NCBI GenBank assembly: GCA_030426805.1 | Contig: JAUHXU010000003.1 | Span: forward strand, 665,488 to 729,487 | Origin: a bacterium | GTDB lineage: Bacteria; Planctomycetota; JAFGQW01 | Direction: 5' to 3' | Length of the DNA stretch: 64,000 nt | The notes under the pieces: model-generated | Database searches by the model: none | What the model saw: the letters and a program-made list of their open reading frames with translations, nothing else | Told to the model about the DNA's origin: nothing | In this document: in pieces, positions 47,134 through 56,398 of the stretch | Layout: every line of letters starts with the position of its first letter | Position numbering within the stretch: position 1 is the first letter of the stretch | Position numbers and translations under genes: made by a program

Positions 47134-49614
47134 TCAGTTGATGCGGAAGCTCTCGGTGTTGGAGATCGAGTGGATGCCCTGGGGGGCGCCGGGCTTGAAC
47201 GTGACGAACGCGGAGTAGACGAACAGCCCGATCAGGGCTTGCTGGTTCGGGACGCGCACCGTCGCGAGACCGGCACCGTGGTTGTCCAGCACGCCGCCGT
47301 AGCCGGCGAACGTGCCTGGCGCGAGACCACTCGTCGACAAGAGCAGCAGCGCATCCGCGCTCAACCCGAGCGGACGCGTGCCGATCGGCGTCGGCCCCGT
47401 CCCGAGCGATGAGCCGACCTGATACGAAAGGCCCCCGTCGTCGGAGAGGTTCAGCGTGACGAGCCCGCCGATGCGCGATGAGCCGCCGACCTTCAGATCG
47501 GTGGTTTGGATCTTCGCGACGAACTGGTCGGCGCCGCTACTGCTCCGGTTGTACGTCAGGTCGGGACCGACACGCACCGGGAACTGCGTCTGGTTGGCCC
47601 AGGTCGAGCCGGCCACCCAGGCGTTGTTTCCGAGCGGGTCGGTCGCGCACGCCCGTCCATCATCGGAGAGCGCGCTGCCGAGGAGCGTGCAGTACTCGAG
47701 TGCGGCGCCTGCGGGGTCGACGCGCGCGATGAACGCGTCGCCGTTGCCGAGGTACGGAAACGACGGGCCGACGACCAGGAAGTCCGAGCTGCGCGTCACC
47801 CCGACGACCGTCGCGCGACCGCCGGCGTCGACGGCGACCGCATCCGCCGAGTCGTACGCCGATCCTCCGATGTAGCCGAGATACTCCCAGCCGCTCCCGT
47901 CGGGTCGGAGCCGCCCGACGAATCCGTCGTGGGTCGCACCGGAGCTGCGATGAACGAGGCCCGGTCCGACCGCGACGGGAAAGGTCGACTCGGTACTCAG
48001 CGTCCTGCCGCACACCGAGGCCCGGCCGGTGGGGTCGACGGCGATGCCCGAGAAGTCGGCCCCGCGGATGCCACCGATGAACCCGCAGAAGTCGAGCGAC
48101 GCACCGCTGGCGTTCACCTTCGCGACGAAACCCTCCGGGGGCTGCGTCGGCGACTGGCGCACGAGTAGCGGACCGACGCGAACGGGCAGGCTCTGCTCAT
48201 CGCTCGTCGTTGCGCCGACCACATACGCGGCGCCCCACGGGTCGACCGCGATCGCCCGACCGGTCTCCTGCCCGGCGCCGCTGATGAAACCGCAATAATC
48301 CAGACCGCTTCCGTCGGGCTTCACCCGCGCGACGAGGACCGACTGGGAGCCGTTCGCCTTCAACGACGGTCCCACCCTGATCGGGAGGGAGGCCTGCGGA
48401 CTGGTCGTCGCGCCGACGACGTAGGCGCTACCCAGCGCGTCGACGGCGATCCCGGTAAGCTGATCGAGCCCCGTACCCCCGATGTAGCCGCAGTAGTCGA
48501 GCAGCCTTCCGTCGGGGCGAACCTTGGCGACGAACCCGTCATACCCGCCGGCGATCGTCAACGACGGTCCGCCGACGACCGGGAAGGTCGCCTCGGTACT
48601 GTCGGTCGTTCCGGTGACGTACGCCGCGCCGGTCGCGTCCACCGCGATCCCGATGCCCGAATCCCTGGAAGCGCCCCCGATGAAGCCGCAGTAGACGAGC
48701 CCCGTGCCGTCGATCCGCACCTTGGCGACGAATGCATCGCTGAAGGAGCGACTGTTGTGTGTCAGATCCGGTCCGACCTTGACGGGGAATGTCGTCTCGT
48801 CGGAGAACGTGCTTCCCGTGACGTAGAGCGCACCCTTCGGGTCGACCGCGACATCCGTGATGGAGCCGGACTGTGCGCCGCCGAGGTAGCCGCAGTAGAT
48901 CAGCATCGGCGGGTCGATCACGAGCGGGCGCGTTCGGTCGTAGGCGGCCACGTCGAACGCGACGTCGCATCCATCCGGCGCCGGGTTCACGACGAGCGTC
49001 GCTGCGACGGACTCTCGCGTATCACCCGCGAGCTGATGCACGACCGGTGGCTCTTCCTCGATCTCGCCGGCCGGCGTGATCACGCGGAGCCCGCCGGCGT
49101 CGGTGCGCGCGATGCGCTCGGCTCCCTTGTAACGGAACCGCGCACGCGTCGGGTCGGCGCCCGGGTGAACGACGGCATCGTATTTGAGTCGACTGCCGAC
49201 GATCTTGTAGACGACGTCGATCCCCGGCCAGACGTCGCGGTAGACGATGCGCTCGTATGTCGGGAGCCCGGCCTGCGATCGGCCGCCGCCTCGGAAATAG
49301 CTCACGACCGTGTCGGCCTTCGCTTCGCCCACCGGCACGACCTCGGCGCCGTCGACGAACGAGAGCTTCACCGTCCACGCCGGTTCGCCCGCGAGCCGAA
49401 ACGTCACGCCGCTCGACGTGAAGAACACGGTCCGTCCGCTCGCTTCGACGAAGTAGCGAACCGCGGTCGGATAACGACCGCGGTTCTCCACGAGCGGCGT
49501 GGACAGGCCGCTCATGATCGCCTCGGCCTTTGCCCGCGAAACCGTCTGGGCAGCCGCGGAGCACCCAATGGCTGCGAGCAGAAGCGCAACCGAGCAATCT
49601 CGAACTCGACCCAT
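47134..49614 (-). CDS. Secreted beta-propeller (SBBP) repeat protein carrying the paralog-family C-terminal domain
   Basis: Signal peptide plus possible lipobox (LLLAAIGCSAAAQ). At least seven repeats DGFVAKVxxDGSGLxYCG(Y/F)IGGxxxDxGxGIAVDxxGxAYVTGxTxSxxxFPV match the SBBP pattern. The C-terminus PIGTRPLGLSADALLLLS...GLFVYSAFVTF is shared with the paralogs. GGAGGTG RBS. Confidence 0.8.
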   Translation of the reverse strand: MGRVRDCSVALLLAAIGCSAAAQTVSRAKAEAIMSGLSTPLVENRGRYPTAVRYFVEASGRTVFFTSSGVTFRLAGEPAWTVKLSFVDGAEVVPVGEAKADTVVSYFRGGGRSQAGLPTYERIVYRDVWPGIDVVYKIVGSRLKYDAVVHPGADPTRARFRYKGAERIARTDAGGLRVITPAGEIEEEPPVVHQLAGDTRESVAATLVVNPAPDGCDVAFDVAAYDRTRPLVIDPPMLIYCGYLGGAQSGSITDVAVDPKGALYVTGSTFSDETTFPVKVGPDLTHNSRSFSDAFVAKVRIDGTGLVYCGFIGGASRDSGIGIAVDATGAAYVTGTTDSTEATFPVVGGPSLTIAGGYDGFVAKVRPDGRLLDYCGYIGGTGLDQLTGIAVDALGSAYVVGATTSPQASLPIRVGPSLKANGSQSVLVARVKPDGSGLDYCGFISGAGQETGRAIAVDPWGAAYVVGATTSDEQSLPVRVGPLLVRQSPTQPPEGFVAKVNASGASLDFCGFIGGIRGADFSGIAVDPTGRASVCGRTLSTESTFPVAVGPGLVHRSSGATHDGFVGRLRPDGSGWEYLGYIGGSAYDSADAVAVDAGGRATVVGVTRSSDFLVVGPSFPYLGNGDAFIARVDPAGAALEYCTLLGSALSDDGRACATDPLGNNAWVAGSTWANQTQFPVRVGPDLTYNRSSSGADQFVAKIQTTDLKVGGSSRIGGLVTLNLSDDGGLSYQVGSSLGTGPTPIGTRPLGLSADALLLLSTSGLAPGTFAGYGGVLDNHGAGLATVRVPNQQALIGLFVYSAFVTFKPGAPQGIHSISNTESFRIN

Positions 49615-49788
49615 AGTGCACCTCCGTGCCTGCACTCTACCCGCGTTCCGCGAAGCGCGAAAGGCATGTAGGCGAGCGGCCGAGGGTCTCGCCCGGGGGG
49701 CGAATCTGGGCTACCCTTGCGAAACCGACCCCCGTCGCAAATGCGGGGCCGTCGGGGGATCCGGGAGTACTATTGGCATCGGAGGAAT

Positions 49789-50191
49789 CATGAAGAAGAT
49801 CGCTCTCAGTCTGCTCGTCGGTATCGCGGCGTTCGTCACGTCGTGTGGTGGCGAGGGTGGCACCGGCGGCGCGGCAGCCAACTTCGCGAAACAGACGAAG
49901 ATCGTGTCCGACCTGATGGCCGAGGTCGGCAAGGTCGACACGCAGGAGAAGGCGACGTCGCTCGCGAAGACGTTCGAGCAAAAGGGCGGCGAGCTGAAGG
50001 TTCTCGCCGACAAGGCGAAAGAGCTGACGAAGTCGCTCGGAAAGCCGGCGCTCGACAAGCTCACCGCCAGCCTCCACGGCGCGACGGGCAAGCTGAGCGG
50101 CGCGGTCGCGAAGCTCGTCGGCTCGAACCCGGCGGTCGGCAAGATCGTCCAGGACGGGTTCGACAAGTTCAAGAGCCTCGCCGGCCTCTAG
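49789..50191 (+). CDS. Small Lys-rich lipoprotein (hypothetical)
   Basis: MKKIALSLLVGIAAFVTSCGG (lipobox) with a GGAGGA RBS. 134 aa. Confidence 0.65.
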
Positions 50192-50236
50192 GCCGATCCC
50201 TCCTCGTCCGCGAGCGGCGACCCCGCTCGCGGACGG

Positions 50237-50686
50237 TCACGCGCTTCGCTCTGCGTGCGCGTTCAAGTCGTCGAGGTCGCGCTCGAAGAGCTTGATCATC
50301 GGCCCCTTCATCAAGGCACCGAGCGGCGACATCAGCTTCGCCGCGAACGTCACCGGCTTCGACGTGAACTCGACGTCGACCCGCGTGCCGTCGCCGTCCG
50401 GCGAGAACCGGAAATCCGTCCGGTAGTGCGCCCCGCACGAATCGGCCTCGACCGAGTAGCCGCGCCCGGGATCGAACCGCGTGATCTCCATCTCCTCGGT
50501 CGCCTCGCGCTTGAAGACGATCCGCGTCTCGCGGAATCGTGTCCCCTCGCGAACCGGTCCGTCCGTCAGCATCTCGAGCCGCGTGACGCCGCTCAACCGC
50601 TCCTCGGCGTTGGCGAGGTCCGTGTAGATCGCGAACACGCGCTCCGGCGGCGCGCCGACGCGCTTGGTGAGCTTGAATCCGGCCAT
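50237..50686 (-). CDS. SRPBCC-superfamily protein (polyketide cyclase / Bet v1-like)
   Basis: About 150 aa. MAGFKLTKRVGAPPERVFAIYTDL...GTRFRETRIVFKRE has the START/Bet v1-like fold pattern. Confidence 0.65.
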   Translation of the reverse strand: MAGFKLTKRVGAPPERVFAIYTDLANAEERLSGVTRLEMLTDGPVREGTRFRETRIVFKREATEEMEITRFDPGRGYSVEADSCGAHYRTDFRFSPDGDGTRVDVEFTSKPVTFAAKLMSPLGALMKGPMIKLFERDLDDLNAHAERSA

Positions 50687-51061
50687 CTCGGGCGCTCCTC
50701 TCGATTCGATTCCAGGGGCGGATTGTAGCAGGCCGTCAGGGCCACGGTCCTGTTGCGCAACCGCCCTCCGGCGGCGGCGTGTTTCGCGCCGAGACGAAAT
50801 CCGCCCGAATCTTCGTAGCCGCGGCGGCCGAATTTGCGGAAGGGTAAGGCTGGCCGCCCCCGGCGGCCGAAGAGACCGATGCCGCTCGTCGGCTCGCTGA
50901 AGACAGGTGCGGGCCGTGAAACCACACGATATAGTCAGGATGGAGCGAACAGACGGCGCGATGATCGACTCGCCCTACGACGCGAGCCCCGGCATGCCAC
51001 CGGATCCGACCGCCACACGCTCCGTGCGACCCGGCTGCGCGACGGCGCACCCGGCGAGGTG

Positions 51062-52144
51062 ATGGAGAAGACGACGATGCGAGTGCGGGCCTGGCCGGCG
51101 TTTGCCAGCCGAACGCGAAATCCCTACAACTGGCTGCTCTACACGACGCTGCGCGACATGGGCGTGGAGGTCGACGAGTGGTCTCCGGCCGAGTCGATCA
51201 CACCGGGCGACTCCGAGGAGCCGACGGTCTACCACCTGCACTGGCCGGAGCACCTGTTGCTGCTGCCGAGCGCGGCGCAAGCCAACGAGATGCTCGTCCG
51301 TCTCGGCGATTGGTTCGACCACGCACGCGCGAACGGGCACAAGGTCTTCTGGACCGTCCACAGCCTCAAGCAGCAGCGCACCCACCACCCCGAGCTCGAA
51401 CGGCCGCTGTTCGACCTCGTCACCCGCCGCGTCGACGCGGTGATCCACATGAGCGACGGCGCCCGCGGTGCGGCCGAACACGCGTTCCCCGCGATCCGAA
51501 ACAAGCCGAGCTTCGTGATCCCGCACGGTCACTACCGCGACGTCTACCCGAACGCGATCAGCCGCGAGGACGCGCGGCGCGCGCTCGACCTGCCGAGTGA
51601 CGCGACCGTGATGGCGTTCGTCGGGTGCATGCGATACAACAAGAACCTCCCGAGCCTCGTGCGCGCGATGCGCGGGCTCGCCGATCCCAACACGTTCCTG
51701 TTGCTCCACGGCGAGGTGCCCGATCGCACGCTCGCTGCCGAGATCGCGTTCATGGCCGGCGGCGATCAGCGCGTGCGCTTCACGCCGATCCGCGTCGAAG
51801 AGAACGCGCTTCAACGCAACCTGAAGGCGGCCGACCTCGTCGTGCTGCCCTACACCAACTTGTTGAACTCCGGCGCCGCGATGCTCGGGCTGTCGTTCGA
51901 CCGCCCGGTGCTCGTCCCGGCGAGCGGCGCGATGCCGGACCTGCAGGAAGCCGTCGGTCGCGACTGGGTCTTCACCTACCAGGGCGAACTGAGCGGCGTC
52001 GACCTCGCGGTCGCGCTCGAGGCGTGCACCGCGGTGCGCGACCGACACGCCGACCTCTCGTTCGCTTCCTGGGATCGCATCGCGGCGAAGACGCTCGACG
52101 CCTACCGCGAGATCACCCCGCAGGTCGAAGTCACGAGCGTCTGA
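51062..52144 (+). CDS. Glycosyltransferase (GT-B, GT1/GT4-like)
   Basis: C-terminus LVVLPYTNLLNSGAAMLGLSFDRPVLVPASG. It is preceded by an intergenic region of about 375 bp. Confidence 0.65.
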   Translation: MEKTTMRVRAWPAFASRTRNPYNWLLYTTLRDMGVEVDEWSPAESITPGDSEEPTVYHLHWPEHLLLLPSAAQANEMLVRLGDWFDHARANGHKVFWTVHSLKQQRTHHPELERPLFDLVTRRVDAVIHMSDGARGAAEHAFPAIRNKPSFVIPHGHYRDVYPNAISREDARRALDLPSDATVMAFVGCMRYNKNLPSLVRAMRGLADPNTFLLLHGEVPDRTLAAEIAFMAGGDQRVRFTPIRVEENALQRNLKAADLVVLPYTNLLNSGAAMLGLSFDRPVLVPASGAMPDLQEAVGRDWVFTYQGELSGVDLAVALEACTAVRDRHADLSFASWDRIAAKTLDAYREITPQVEVTSV

Positions 52145-52162
52145 ATCGCCGGAGTCCGGCGC

Positions 52163-53395
52163 TCAACGCACCGAGAACGCGGCCGACGGGGCGACGTCGA
52201 TTCCCCCCGGAAACGCCGGGTTCTCCGCGACCGCAGCGACGAACAGCCGAAGCCCGACGGGCGCCGACGCCGGCAGCTTCACGGCGATCGTCGCCGAGCC
52301 GTTCGCATCCAGCCGCCCGCGCAACCCCTGCGTCACGCCCGGGATGTCGCCGTTGCCGATCGTCACCCGCGCGAGCGCGTCGATCGCGAGGTTGATCGTC
52401 CGGCGACCCGGCAGCGGAATCGCCGGCCGCAGTCCGGACAGCGACATTGCGGCGCGATACGGTCGGCCGGCGCTGCCCGGCATCGACAGGCGAAGCGAGT
52501 ACGTCGTGCCCGGGCGCGCGCTCCCGCTCCCGACGAGCTTGTGGCTGCCGTAGATCGCGATCGACCGGAACACCTGACTGTGCTCGCGTTTCACCGGCCA
52601 CGTGCGCAACACCGCGCCCTTCAGGGTCACCTCGAGGATATCGTCGAGCCGCACGAGGAAGAGGTTACCGGTCTCCGGGTCCGTCGTCACCGAGTAGAAC
52701 CCACCCGGCCCTTGCCATTGCAATACGGTTCCGCCGTTCTGATCGAGCACGAGGTAGTCGCTGACGGTCGAGGAGGCGTTCCCCACGACGGCGTAGTTCC
52801 CGCTCGCGTCGTCGAACGACACGACACCGGGAAACGGCAACGTCGTCAGCGTCGTGATCGCGGATCCCGTCATGCGGAGCAGATGCGCCCCACTCGGAGA
52901 GGTGGTGCCGCTGCGAGCCACGACGATGTCCCCGGAGTCGCGATCGATCGTCGGAAAGCCCGCACCACTCGAGAACAGCGCCACGGTGCTGAAGAGCCCG
53001 GAGGCGGACAGGCGGACCACCGCCGCCGATCGCGACGTCACGAACCCGGCGATGAAGCGCCCGTCCTGGTCGAGCGTCATGCCGGCCATGCCCGAATACA
53101 TCGACGTCGCGTACGACTGCGCGGACACGAGCACGCCGCTCGGGGACATGCGTCCGAAGATCAGCGGCCTGGCCTGGTCGACGATCCGAATGTCGGTGTT
53201 GTTCGCCGCCATCCACACACTTCGTCGCGAGTTCGACGGCAGCGGACCGACCAGCGCTTCCGCGCCGGTCACGCGATCGATCGATCGCACGCCGGTGTCG
53301 GACGACACGAGGAGGTCGCCCGGCTTGGGCTGGGCCCCGACGCCGGCCGTGACGGCGGCGAGCACGAGCGGGGCGAGGACGATACGGGCGATCAT
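52163..53395 (-). CDS. Secreted hypothetical protein, paralog family
   Basis: MIARIVLAPLVLAAVTAGVGAQP (signal peptide). The C-terminus YSLRLSMPGSAGRPYRAAMSLSGLRPAIPLPGRRTINLAIDALARV...GLRLFVAAVAE is the family signature. Confidence 0.75.
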   Translation of the reverse strand: MIARIVLAPLVLAAVTAGVGAQPKPGDLLVSSDTGVRSIDRVTGAEALVGPLPSNSRRSVWMAANNTDIRIVDQARPLIFGRMSPSGVLVSAQSYATSMYSGMAGMTLDQDGRFIAGFVTSRSAAVVRLSASGLFSTVALFSSGAGFPTIDRDSGDIVVARSGTTSPSGAHLLRMTGSAITTLTTLPFPGVVSFDDASGNYAVVGNASSTVSDYLVLDQNGGTVLQWQGPGGFYSVTTDPETGNLFLVRLDDILEVTLKGAVLRTWPVKREHSQVFRSIAIYGSHKLVGSGSARPGTTYSLRLSMPGSAGRPYRAAMSLSGLRPAIPLPGRRTINLAIDALARVTIGNGDIPGVTQGLRGRLDANGSATIAVKLPASAPVGLRLFVAAVAENPAFPGGIDVAPSAAFSVR

Positions 53396-53475
53396 CAGGG
53401 ACTCCCGGATTGCTGTCGTGGCCTCGACGCACCGAGTATAGCCACGATCGGCGCCGGTCGGGGTATCATCCCGGG

Positions 53476-56394
53476 GTGATTGTGCTGCTGATCGCCTTCC
53501 TCGCGCTCGTCGGCGTCGCTGCCGAACCCGGTGCCCAGACCGTCGTATTCGACGAACCGGGCTTCCCGTCCATCGGAATCGCCGGTCCGGTGATCACGGC
53601 CGAGACGATCGGCGGCCGCGTCTGCAAATCGAGCGACGCGTTCATCCGCGAACTCGAGACGACGTCGGTCGTGATCTGGCGGCACGGATCGGCGTTTCCG
53701 GCCGAGGCGTGGCCCGCGTTCGTGCGGTTCCTCGAACGCGGCGGGTCGTGGGTCCATCTCGGCGGCGCACCGCTCGTGCATCCGGTCGTCGGCGAGGCGG
53801 GCGCGCGCATCGTGCAGCCGCGCACGCTCGCGCTGCTCGAAGCGCTCGGAATCAACCAGTGTCGAACGGTCAAGGTCGCCGGGGACGCGCAGTCGGTGTC
53901 GATCCTCGAACCGCGCCTGACCGACGCGCGCGACTACGACGACGAGGACGGATCCGCCGGCCCGCGCGACGGCGTGATCCGCACGCTGATGCCCCTCGTG
54001 TCGACGAAGGCCGATCGCAAGGAGGCGATCGCGGCGGCCGCGGTCACGATCGATCGGCTGCGCGGCCGTTTCGCCGGCGGCAACTGGACGCTGTTCCTGC
54101 TCGGACGCTCACCGACGAACGAAGAGACCGTGCGCCTGCTGCGCGCCACCGCATTCGACGCGCTCGACGGCGTGCGCATCGATCCGACGTTCGCGTGCTT
54201 TCACGCCGGCGAACAACCGTCACTCCTCGTGCGGCGGTCACGACCGGCAATCGGCGACACGTCCCTGCGCCTGACGCTCCACGTCGGCGAGCGCGTCTAC
54301 CGAGTCGTGCTCGCCCCGCCGCTCGGCCAGACGCGCGTCCCGCTCACCGGGACGTTCGCCCCCGGCTACCACGCGGTCGTCGTCGAAGCCGGCGGCAAGA
54401 AGCTCGACACGCCGTCGACCGGATTCTGGGTGTTCGACGAGGCCCTCTTTCGCTCCGGCCACCCGATCACGACGGACGGCGAAACGCTTCGACGCGACGG
54501 CAAGCCGATGCCGCTCGTCGGGACGACCGTGATGTCGCGCACGGTGCACCGCAAATTCCTGTTCGAACCGAACGCCGCGGTGTGGGACGCGACGTTTCGC
54601 GACCTCGCGGCACGCGGGATCGACTTCGTGCGCACCGGGCTGTGGACCGGTTTTCGCAAGGCATCCCTGGACGCGGGCCACGTCGACGAGTCGTTCCTCC
54701 GGGCCCTCGAAGCCTACTACCTGACCGCCCGCCGCCACGGCGTCGCGGTGCTGTTCACGTTCTTCGCGTTCGTCCCACCGGCCTTCGGCGCCGACAACCC
54801 CTACCTCGACCCGCGCGCCGTCGAGGGGCAACGCGCGCTGGTCGCCGCGATCGTCGGTCGCTTCGGCGGCGCGCGCGAGATCCTGTGGGACCTGATCAAC
54901 GAGCCGTCGTTCGCGAACCCCGAGAAGCTGTGGGTGTGCCGCCCGGTCGGCGACCGCCACGGCCGCGCGGCGTTTCGCGCCTGGCTCGCCGAACGCTTCG
55001 CCGACGCCCCCGGCGGCTGGGAGGCGCACGTTCGCGCGCGCTGGCGCCTCACGCCCGACGCCGCGATCGACGTCCCGACCGACGCCGACTTCGCCGAGCC
55101 GCATCTCTTCGGTGACGCGAAGCCCTACCGTGCGCGCGACTGGCTGCGGTTCGCGCAGCATGCGTTCACCGGGTGGGCGGACCGGCTCCGGCGCGTGATC
55201 GACCTCCACAGCGGCAGCGGGCAGCTGGTCACCGTCGGACAGGACGAGGGTGGCCTGATCGAACGGCCCCACCCCCAACTGCACGCCGGCGCGGTGGACT
55301 TCACGTCGATCCACACCTGGTGGCTCAACGACGCGCTGCTGTGGGACGCCGTTTGCGCGAAGGCGCCGGGCAAGCCGCTGCTCGTCAGCGAGACCGGCGT
55401 CATGGGACGCGAGCGCCTCGACGGGTCGGCGCACCGCTCCGAGGCCGACGCGGCGGCGCTCCTGTCGCGCAAGATCGGCTACGCGTTCGCCGGCGGTGCG
55501 TGCGGCGTCGTGCAGTGGTGCCTCGACGTGAACCCGTACATGCCGAGCGACAACGAGGTCGCGATCGGTGCCCGCCGCGCCGACGGCAGCGTGAAACCCG
55601 AACTCGCGGAGCTGACCGCGTTCGCGAGCTTCATCCAGCGCAATCGCGAACGACTCGACGGCCGCGTCGAGCCCGACACGGTCGTGCTGATCCCGCACGC
55701 CGACGGCTTCCCGCCCCGCGGCGTGTCGATCGCGGCGAGCCAGCGCGTCGTCGACCTCGTCGGCCGCCAGTTCGCCGAGCCGCTGCGAGCCGTCTCGTCG
55801 GAACGCACCGCGACCGACCTCGGCGCCGCGGCGGTGATCCTGCTCCCGACGTGCCGCGGACTGCACGACGACACGTGGCGCGACCTGCGCGCGGCGGTCG
55901 AGCGTGGCGCGACGCTCGTGTGCGGCGGCTACTTCGAGGCCGACGACGCCGGGCTGCCGGCCCACCGCATCGGCACGAAGGACGCGCCGCTGCGGTCGCG
56001 GCCGCTCGCGCGCGAGGAGACGGCGCCCGAGGGCATCGTCCGCTTTCCGCGCAGCGCGACGGAGTCCGTGCGCGCGGCCGATCGCGACAAACCGGCGACG
56101 ATCACGCTCGGCAAGGGGCGCATCGTCCACCATCCGCTACCGCTCGATCTCGCCGAGCCGGGACCGATCGTGCGCTTCTGGTTCGCGACCGCGGTCGGCA
56201 CCGACCCGAGCGATGCGTTCCATCCGTTCGTCGTCCGCTATCGCAACGCGACGCTCGTGATCGCGGTGAACGAGGCGAGCGTTCCCCGGCGATGCTCGCA
56301 CGCGGAGACGACGCTCACGGTCCCGGGCGGCCACGCCCGAATGCTCTTGTTCGACGCGCACGGCCGGCTCGTCGATCGTTCGCACCCGGAGTGA
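53476..56394 (+). CDS. Secreted glycoside hydrolase, GH5-like TIM barrel with flanking domains
   Basis: Signal peptide VIVLLIAFLALVGVAAEPGAQ. WDLINEP (acid/base NEP motif) and LLVSETGV (nucleophile) are spaced as in GH5. GTG start at 53476; the true start is uncertain. Confidence 0.6.
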   Translation: MIVLLIAFLALVGVAAEPGAQTVVFDEPGFPSIGIAGPVITAETIGGRVCKSSDAFIRELETTSVVIWRHGSAFPAEAWPAFVRFLERGGSWVHLGGAPLVHPVVGEAGARIVQPRTLALLEALGINQCRTVKVAGDAQSVSILEPRLTDARDYDDEDGSAGPRDGVIRTLMPLVSTKADRKEAIAAAAVTIDRLRGRFAGGNWTLFLLGRSPTNEETVRLLRATAFDALDGVRIDPTFACFHAGEQPSLLVRRSRPAIGDTSLRLTLHVGERVYRVVLAPPLGQTRVPLTGTFAPGYHAVVVEAGGKKLDTPSTGFWVFDEALFRSGHPITTDGETLRRDGKPMPLVGTTVMSRTVHRKFLFEPNAAVWDATFRDLAARGIDFVRTGLWTGFRKASLDAGHVDESFLRALEAYYLTARRHGVAVLFTFFAFVPPAFGADNPYLDPRAVEGQRALVAAIVGRFGGAREILWDLINEPSFANPEKLWVCRPVGDRHGRAAFRAWLAERFADAPGGWEAHVRARWRLTPDAAIDVPTDADFAEPHLFGDAKPYRARDWLRFAQHAFTGWADRLRRVIDLHSGSGQLVTVGQDEGGLIERPHPQLHAGAVDFTSIHTWWLNDALLWDAVCAKAPGKPLLVSETGVMGRERLDGSAHRSEADAAALLSRKIGYAFAGGACGVVQWCLDVNPYMPSDNEVAIGARRADGSVKPELAELTAFASFIQRNRERLDGRVEPDTVVLIPHADGFPPRGVSIAASQRVVDLVGRQFAEPLRAVSSERTATDLGAAAVILLPTCRGLHDDTWRDLRAAVERGATLVCGGYFEADDAGLPAHRIGTKDAPLRSRPLAREETAPEGIVRFPRSATESVRAADRDKPATITLGKGRIVHHPLPLDLAEPGPIVRFWFATAVGTDPSDAFHPFVVRYRNATLVIAVNEASVPRRCSHAETTLTVPGGHARMLLFDAHGRLVDRSHPE

Positions 56395-56398
56395 TCCG

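Noticed and set aside
49640-49788. Possible promoter or palindrome upstream of the small lipoprotein gene
   Set aside because: No element has convincing spacing; only an RBS could be supported
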